From NCBI GenBank assembly GCA_051294905.1, contig CM119377.1:15128001-15192000 (forward strand): a stretch of 64,000 nucleotides of DNA, written 5' to 3'. Made by a program: the position numbers and the translations under genes. Under the pieces are notes generated by a model. That model was not told the DNA's origin. It searched no databases and saw only the letters and a program-made list of their open reading frames with translations. Positions 54,101 through 63,100 of the stretch are shown here, piece by piece; the first letter of the stretch is position 1, and every line of letters begins with the position of its first letter. This DNA comes from Botryllus schlosseri. Its lineage: Eukaryota.

Positions 54101-57100
54101 TCAACTGCATAGCCTGCACTCGCTAACGCGTAGGGTATTTTTCGTATGCTGCGACCAATCGAGGTTAATAGCCAGCCGTCCACAGTGGGGAAAAGTATCC
54201 AAGCTATAATTCTCGTTGATAAATTAACTCTTATTGGAAGTTACCGTATTATTTCAGCGCTGGAATTGATTGTCGAATCAAATGCGAATACTCAAATGAT
54301 TGTGTCCAACCCATAACCGTTGGGCCATTTTCAAGCCACCCGGTACTATTCAACGCCCCCGGCAATGTGTAAAAGTCAGCCGCCCGTCATCAGAAGCGCA
54401 ATCATCACTGCGTAGACCCTTTACGGTTTCCTATCGCTACCAACGCGCTAAAGCTAATATAAATGTAACATGTTACGCGTGTTATATTATAAATTGGATT
54501 ACCTCAAATATTATGGAAACGTCATCAGTTTGATGATGACAACAAGGTCATGATCAAAGCTTGATTGCCGACACTGTTCGCCGCGCTCGTGGCGTATCCG
54601 GTTTTGTTTATGCGTAATAAAAGGTATTTGTGTTTACGAAGGATACAGCGGCCAGCTGCGTTTGTTTATTATTTGCCTCATCGTGTTATAATACAATGCT
54701 TCCCACCGGCTACTGTGACATATCCGTGTTATAAAACAACGCGATCATAGTCATTTTGGTCGTAAGCCGTATATCCGTTGATGGCTCTCTGTCAGATCTG
54801 ACCGTCAAATTTCACGTTTTGTTCTGGTGTCATCAGTTCTCACTTTATTGAAATGTTGCCTTTTTCTTGTCGACAAATGAGCATCGTGGGTGGTAGTATT
54901 AGACACTAATTTATTATTTAACAGTGTGAAATAGTGGCTTTGCCTGATTTTCGATCTCGGTATTTGTAATCTTCATTCATTGCTTTTCATAATCAGAAAC
55001 TAAACTATAGAGGCAGCTATATTCACCCGTTCGACAATAAGCTTCATGCTCTTTGATTTTAAAGACGTTACATATAATACAAACGTGCTAGTAGTATCTG
55101 CATTACTCAATTACCATGTGTGGGGTACAGCCATCATACGAAATACCAGCGTCCGAATTCTTCCTTTGCAAGAGCGCTTTTGCCTTAATTTTTCCAACGT
55201 CTACTCTAGCGCGCTTATGACCGCAATATCAATACCATTTAATCAATTAACGCCAACCGCCGATCGCTTTTAGCTTGCGCAAATAATTATGAAATATCGC
55301 GCGGTGATTTTGACCCTCGAAATATTCATTAAGACGTCGTTATCTTTGATAGCGACTCTCGTAGCTGTGACAACACCGCGTAGATGTGTTACGAGAGGTA
55401 ATATTCGTCTCGCAAATCGTGTAATAATTGTGGATGCGTTATCGATGATCTGTACCGCTAATTACCGTTACGATGTATTTTCATGCATTATGGATGCGTT
55501 GTTTACAAAGGAGTCGCTAATATACGCGGATCGCACATTATAAGCTTGTTTCTGTTATGGATGTGTCTGTCGTACAAATTGCCACCGGTACTGTGAGTAA
55601 ACCAGTTCGAACAGGTTCTGTCAGCTCCTCTCCTACCTCCAAGCACATTATGTTGTGCTCGATAATACACGCTCTCAGTCAGGAGTACAGCAAAGCTGGT
55701 CAAAGTAAACAGCGCTGCTACTCAATTAGAAGTAGATTAACTCCGTAAATTTCTACTCAATTACATGTATAGGTTAGGGTTACAATATGTCCTCCTTTTA
55801 CAGGAAATCGAAAATGTCCTCCGAGGACGCCTAAATGTCCTTCTTTTTGAAAATTCGTCCTCCTCCTTGACAGCCAGGCTAATTTACAGACACAACTATA
55901 TGACGCCATAAATGACGTGAATTGTGGCGAGATAGCGTAGTGGTATAATTATAGATAACTAACCTCCGTAGGTTAGTTATCTATAGTATAATACGCAGAT
56001 GCGACAGCAATGGGTTGCGGGTTCGAGTCCGACCGAGGCCGACTCCAAAATTCCTACCGAAGTGTTGGAGGCTCCTTCTAGGCTCCTTCTCGCCATGTCA
56101 TCCGTGTAAGCCAGGGGTTCTCAAAGGGTGGGCCACAGAGCATTTTGAGGTGGGCCACAGAGTTATTTAGAAAATTTCAGAATTCATGTAAGTTTAGTTA
56201 TATTTCTTACGTTATTCGCTAAAAATATATTCGTATTATCTAATTATACGTAGGCTACATAAAGCTTTTTAGCCGACTCTGATTAGACGTAGTGGCACGT
56301 ATGAAGTCAGCATGTACAAATCGAAAACGTTAGGGAGAAACGGTGGCATTTTCTACTGGCTATGACAACCTACGGCTAACAGCAACTAAAATAATTTCAG
56401 ACGTATAAAAACGGGAAGATAATGCTGAAGTGACCAAGTATTCCGGCACGGTGATATGTCGTATGCCGTTGAAAGGGGTATGCAATGAACTCGCAATGAA
56501 GTGCAATTGATGTACATATTTACTGTACAGGCCAGCCGTATTATTGCAGGCTAAAAATAGCCATAATTTCAAATTATTAGCAACTTCTGGCGGAGGTATA
56601 CTGCACCACCGCAACGAATCATAATGGATCGAGGATTTATCGGAGCGCATTAATCTTTGAAGTCGGTTTAAAATGTCCGGCCTGGAAATTATTGTAGGCT
56701 ACATAATGAAAGAGTCACAGGAATTGATTGTATCATTGGATTGAATATTCTGACATCGCAACTTCAGTTGTTTTGGTACAAGACATACAAAGTACATCAT
56801 TCATATTGAAAAATATTTGTCCACTTCTCTGTAGTAGGCTACCCCAGTCACCAATGAATTGTTCGATGCATATCGGCGCTGTCCATGACCACGCATTAAA
56901 CAGGATTATGACTCTAAGATATCAGGTGGGCACTAGCACATTTTTAAACCGGTAAATGGGCCACGGCCAAGAAAGGGCTGAGAACCCCTGGTGTAAGCGG
57001 TGTCTTATAAACGCCTAGAAGTGGGTCGTGCTACAAGTCGGCAGCTACGGAATAAAAATGAAGATAATTGGCCTGGTGTGAACGACCATAGTAGTCGACA

Positions 57101-60100
57101 AACACTCTGAATACCACAACCAATGACGTGAAATCTGCATTGCGGAATGCTCGGGCGGGTCATTAGGGAGTATAGGATGGGGAAATTACGTTTTTCAAGC
57201 AACGCCACATCACTACAGTATAAAGTCGGTAATTCGGGAGTCGAGCCGGGAAGATGAACTTTTTTAGTCAACACAAGATTTCCCGAAAGAAATCACCAAT
57301 TTACTAGTCTTGTAAACTAAATTTTGTGGTTTTAGAAAAGCGTGCTTCTTTCCAGATCCGAAAATATGCTAACCCTAAGGCAGATCTACGTAGCGATCTC
57401 AAAGTCATGTTAAAACAATATTTAGTACCACTAGAAAGTTAAGATCTGACAAGTTCTCAACTAAGGCGTTTCAAAAAGTAAATTTGGCCAATTCGTCGCA
57501 TAGTTTTAGCAGTTAATGAAAGGTCGATATTGACAATGTCCCTTATCGGGCGTAGGCCATGATATTGACATATGAAGCTACGGCACACAGGGAATGCTGT
57601 CATTCTCGTAAAGGTCAATGTGGTTTGTTCTCAAGTTTTCGCAAAAGCCAACTTCACGCCTGTGATTCACAGCTGAGACAGATACACAGCGAGGACATCG
57701 CTGTTAAGCATACGCGTCCTCCCTGTGGCAGTGCAATTACAGACGCTCCGTCGTCGGCCCGTGTTGACCATCAACACAACGCAGGTTTGATGTGCGAGAA
57801 GCGATCGGGTTCCTTATTACGCTCTCGCCGAGATCCGTGTACGATAACTATCGGCCGTGTTTCGTTAGTAAGGGCAATGACTTGTGAATGAGAATCAAAG
57901 AGTCGGTGGATGTATTGTTTATTATGACGCTGGCAACACTGTTCGTCGTTAACCCGGATTGTTTTAGACTTTGAAACGAGACTAGTGTTCTTTCGATGCC
58001 CTTTTCTGCGATGTAACAAAACGAGCGGATGGATCTTTGCCGTTAAACGGCGGACGGCGTATGAAGGTAAACCTCCTTGAACCTAAATGTTTAATGTAAA
58101 AGGTCAATGTTGTTACAAATGAGCGCATACGATACCGTACGACTTTGGTAAGATACGCGTGAATATTTCGGCACTGTGTAACCAAAGTAGCTGATGTCTA
58201 TTTTACAAATCTTGAGATGGATTTACCAATTTTTGGTGAATTATTTCTCTTTTTTTTGCGATATCTTCACTGTGGTTATGTTTGTCGCATTTTTTTCTAA
58301 AAGTTTTTCGCATAAATCAGCCATCCAATCCTGTGATTCCCAATCGGTGCGCCGTCACAGATTGTCTTAGCTGTGCCGCGATTTTTTTTTTCTAAATAAA
58401 GCTTGAGTTACGAAACGACCCGTTTTTTAAAATGATTAATTTCGGCCCCACTTCGTTCAAATGCTATTCCATCATAGGCGCAAAGCAATCAAAGTTATAT
58501 GATCATTCGCATCTTCGCGGCTTACGGACTGCAGTTTGAAATCTATAAACGAGAGCGACTATGCACGATATCATGCGGGTGTTTGTCAACAATGCAACCG
58601 TTTTTCAGTGCGTTCGTTTAATCAACCGCATCGCATTAACATTCCAAAATATGGTTGAAGAAACTTTTCCTTCCGTTTAAATGTGCCGCTAGCGCTTCAT
58701 AATTTTTCTAATGGGCCACGAGCTGAAAAAAGTTTGGAAGCTGCGGTCCCAGCCCACGATATAATGAAGTTTCTAAACCAGTTCCTTCCAAATGCAGTGG
58801 GTGAATCGTTTCAGGCGTGATCGAATCAGTTTCTTTTTTCTACCGGTACATCTATTAGCAATGCCACATATTCTAATCGCCCTGTCGCTAACTCTATAAT
58901 ATTTACAGATATTAACAACGATTAAGTCAAATACGGTGCATAAAACACGAGCTGACGCACAGTGCACGAATTGATATCACACCAAGAGAATATCAGGAGT
59001 GTCAATTTCTTTTTGGTGTGGGTATGGTGATTTCAATCGGTACATTTACGCGATTTATATCTCATATATATGATTTTGTCTTGCCATTTTTTCAAGCACC
59101 GTGGACACAAAATACAGGTTACTGTAGACACGGTTATCGGTGTTTAACTACTAAAGATTTTCCAATCCCCAGCCGCGACCCTGTTTGTTTTCTTTCGAAT
59201 TACGCGCAATTTTCGGGCGCGTCCGTGACGCTGCAGTCGGCGGAAGTTTGAACATCGCTTGTATCCCGTGTATCTCGCGATCGCAAATTGTCAGACATTG
59301 CTATCGGTGCTGGCAACATCACAAAGCTCGCATGTCGAACAAATAAACGAATTCCACCGTGCCTTGTTATCCTACCAACAAGTCGCCACTACAAAGTGCG
59401 CCGTTGGGTAGCTTGCATGTCGGTTATCACGGTGCGCGGCGTAAGAAAATAAACTTGGTGTTGTAAACTTGTTATTGGAAACGCGCTTTTATTATCTGAT
59501 ATCTGATAAGGGCCGAACTATTCAGATCTGTTCTGACTAATGTAGTTTGTTTCACGTCATCGCGGAATATCTGACATAATATACGGAAATGCTGTCGATA
59601 GTGTCTTGCTTTGTAAGCGTCTGCGAGCGCAGGCACCTTATAAAACTTGCGGCCTTTTTAAAAACATGCAACTCGATAAGCCGCAACGGAGTGTTTGCAA
59701 ATCAGATACTGATCAGATACACGGGTTATACCGCTCGGCATTTAGTGGCAATTTCACGCCTAAAATGCTGACAATTCACTGAGAACATATGCGCACTAGC
59801 CTGCTGGAGGAAATTCTGTGTCACGATTCACGCCAAAAAACGTCGCGTGTTATCTAGCTCTAGCTGGCGGCCAACTGAATGTGGGTGCAACTAGAACTAA
59901 CATTAGAACATCTCACTTTTCAAAACTAGCAACTAGATCTAGAACTAATAAATAACCTATAGAAATCCGCACCACAGCTAAATAAAAGTACAGCTCACTA
60001 GATTAAATTCAGAAGCAATTTGAGATATGAGGTGTTTCTACCCCAAAATTCGCCTCTGGCTATTTGTATTGATTACTCCGAGCTATAGCAATGGCTCCAA

Positions 60101-63100
60101 GAACATCACCCAACACAACATTGAAACGTGGCGAGATAACGTAGTGGTAGTATCCACAACTGCCAGACCAGTGGGTTGCGGGTTCGAGTCTGACCGAAGT
60201 CGACTCCGTAATTCCTATCCAAGTGTTGGGGGTTTATCTAGGCTCCTCCTCGCCGTCTCATCCGCGGAAGCGGTGTCTTAAAATTAGCCTGGGAGTGAGC
60301 CGTGCTACAAGTCGGCAGTTCCGGAATCGTAATAAAGAAAATCGGCCTGGTGTAAATGACCATTGTAGTCGACAAACACCATGAACACCACAAGCAACAA
60401 TAACAAAACTGATATCACGAATCACGCCAAACGACGATACGTGTTTTATAGTTGTTTGGTAACTGAATTCATCCAATGCGCAACTAGAACTAGAACTACT
60501 CAATTTTCAAAATCCGCAATTAGAACTAGAACCAGAACTACTATAAAAGCATTAGGTCAGATTCTCAAGATTAGACCTCCATTTAAAAGCTACTAGAACT
60601 GGGACTATACTTAAATCCCAGCAGTTATAGTTAACCTTCAACTAACTAGACTTAAATGGATACTTCATACAAGTCTGCCAGCTACGCCTATTAACGTAAC
60701 GATAAGTCGCCCCTCCTCGTTTTCAGATTGTCGGCTTCAGCTGTCACGTGAGAAGCAAAGAGACCCGTTCGGTGATGATCGCGAACCGCACCAATCTGCA
60801 ATGGCGCCTACACCCCGTCATAGACGGCGAATACTGGACGGGCGCGGACACTTTTGTGGTGGACGCGCAACAGACGAAGGCGTACGAGCTCACGTACAGA
60901 CCGCTCGCGCTCACCCCCGACGGAAAGAAACACACGGTATTTGGATTACTCCATATACTTCATGCGTAACAACGAGAGCCTGAACGATAAAATCGAGTCG
61001 ATATCACGCTTTGAATGAAATATTGGGGAAATATCGGGTTCTAGTAACAGCATTTCATGTGACATTACACTCTAGGGCAGGGATCACCAACCTTTTTCAA
61101 ACCAAGAGCTACTTCTTGGGTACTGATTAATGCGGCGGGCTACCAGTTACTCCCACCGTTTATCCGTGCTCAGTTGGAATTCTTCACTCAGACTTTTAGA
61201 GCACATGGGCAGGGTTTCCGCCCCTTATCAAGAACAAATAACTATCACTCATGGGACTCATACCAGCGTCTCAGGACTCAGTTGCGTTGCAGCACTGCGC
61301 GCAGAAGAGACGCGGGAATATTAACCAGATTCCCGTTAAGCACCAATGCACAATGTGGTATCTAACTAAACATCTAGAGTTAGACACCACGTTATGCATT
61401 GGCAAACACAATAGTGGCGAACACATGACATATGTTGAAATTTGGTGTCGAACTGCACGCCTTGAAGATTTTATGACAGTTTCACTCTTAAAATTGATGC
61501 AAACACCTCCCAACCTATACTTTCTACTTCATAAATCCAGAGTTAAAAAATTGGTTATTTTTTCTGAAGAAATGTTAAGTGGATTGGGAAATGGTAAAAA
61601 AAAACTACTTGAATAAGTACTGCATGTAGGCAAACGTACTCGTGTGCTCCTAAAAAGTAGAGCTATACTTCGTTACTGGCCACCTCTTGTTGTATATAGT
61701 TCTTTCAAGTCTTGACAGGGAATATTTTCATAGTACTTCTGTTATTGTCGACTAGTCTGTCGACTGACTTACGTCCGTATGTGCCGCGGTATACTTTCCC
61801 ATCTTGGTATTTCCGGAAGTTATTCACGCTGTAATCTTCTTCGCGCACTTGAAAACGACCGAGTGCGTCGCCGTCTGAGTTGCGTCGCGACTGAGATGAA
61901 TTGCAAACAAACAGAAGTTTTCTGATTGTAAATTCGTGGCGGTGTGAGCGCGAATTGCAGATAACGGAAACCCGCGTTGCGTTTTTACGCGCTTCGGTGT
62001 CAAAGTCGAAATTTGCGGAGTGCAGGATTTTCATACGCTGTAAGCAGGGTTGTAACCAAGTCGCAGGGTTCCGAGTCACAAGTCAATCTCACTTTGATAG
62101 TTTTGACTCGAGTCAATTCGAGTTTAGAATTGGAATTATTGAATTCGCGAAAACTTAGAAATTGAACCAAGTTCATCTCATACCATATATTATATGTGTT
62201 CATTCTCATAAGCACGAGAATTGCAAATGTATGTACAGCAAGCTTGGCTCGTTTCGAACTATAGTGTTCTCCTGTATCATTTACAATATAACCAGAAATT
62301 CGATTAGAATTAAAATCAGAGTATATAAACCTTTCACAGATTAGAATTAGAGCAAAAAAAAACATTTAACAAATTTGATATGAATTAAATTACCAGCATT
62401 TCGCTTTAATTGGTGTAATAACCAATAAGACACCCAGAATTATCTAGCTATCCAAGTCTGCCATAAAGTGTATTTTACCTGCGGTAAGGTGGATATTTGA
62501 TATATGCAGTTTTTTCCACGCGTCTGTTTACAGTACATACACCATTATATACAATTGAATAGTATATTCATATTGAAATGAACCCGAATATTTTTGGCTG
62601 ACACTCGTCAGGGGTAATAGTCAGCAACTAGTAGAGAATTCAAAAGAACATCGTATATCAACAATCGTAACACAAAATATGACGTCACCAGCACGAAATG
62701 TCGAATACGAGAGCGTTCAATGTACTATTTTTAGATGATACACGAACTCTTTTTGTTGGCACAGCCTTGATAAAAGTCGATTCCAAGGCACACAAATGAA
62801 AGCTTGAGCGACCCTTTCCGAGTATGCGAAATCTGTCGTCTCGATAATTAAGTGTTTGCCAATTGCAGAATTTATGGCCTTTGATTGATATACGATGTTC
62901 CTTTGAATTCTCTACTAGTTGCTGACAATTACCCCTGACTAATGTCAGCCGAAAATATTCAGGTTCATTTCAATATGAAAATACTATTCAATTGTATATT
63001 GAAGTTCTGTACCTCCAAGAAGCTGTTCACACCAATATATATATATATAGTAGCATATCAGAAATAGTTGAAATCGGCGAAATACACGATTTCCGTTTAC

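Noticed and set aside
54181-54210. CACAGTG heptamer suggesting a Transib/RSS-like end
   Set aside because: No nonamer at 12/23 spacing and no matching inverted end found.
59485-59520. TATCTGATA/CTTATCAG resembling U2 snRNA
   Set aside because: Only short words match, and the order and flanks do not fit U2.
61251-61616. 121-aa ORF
   Set aside because: It starts inside a MITE fragment, has an AT-rich non-coding composition and no ATG context or domain.
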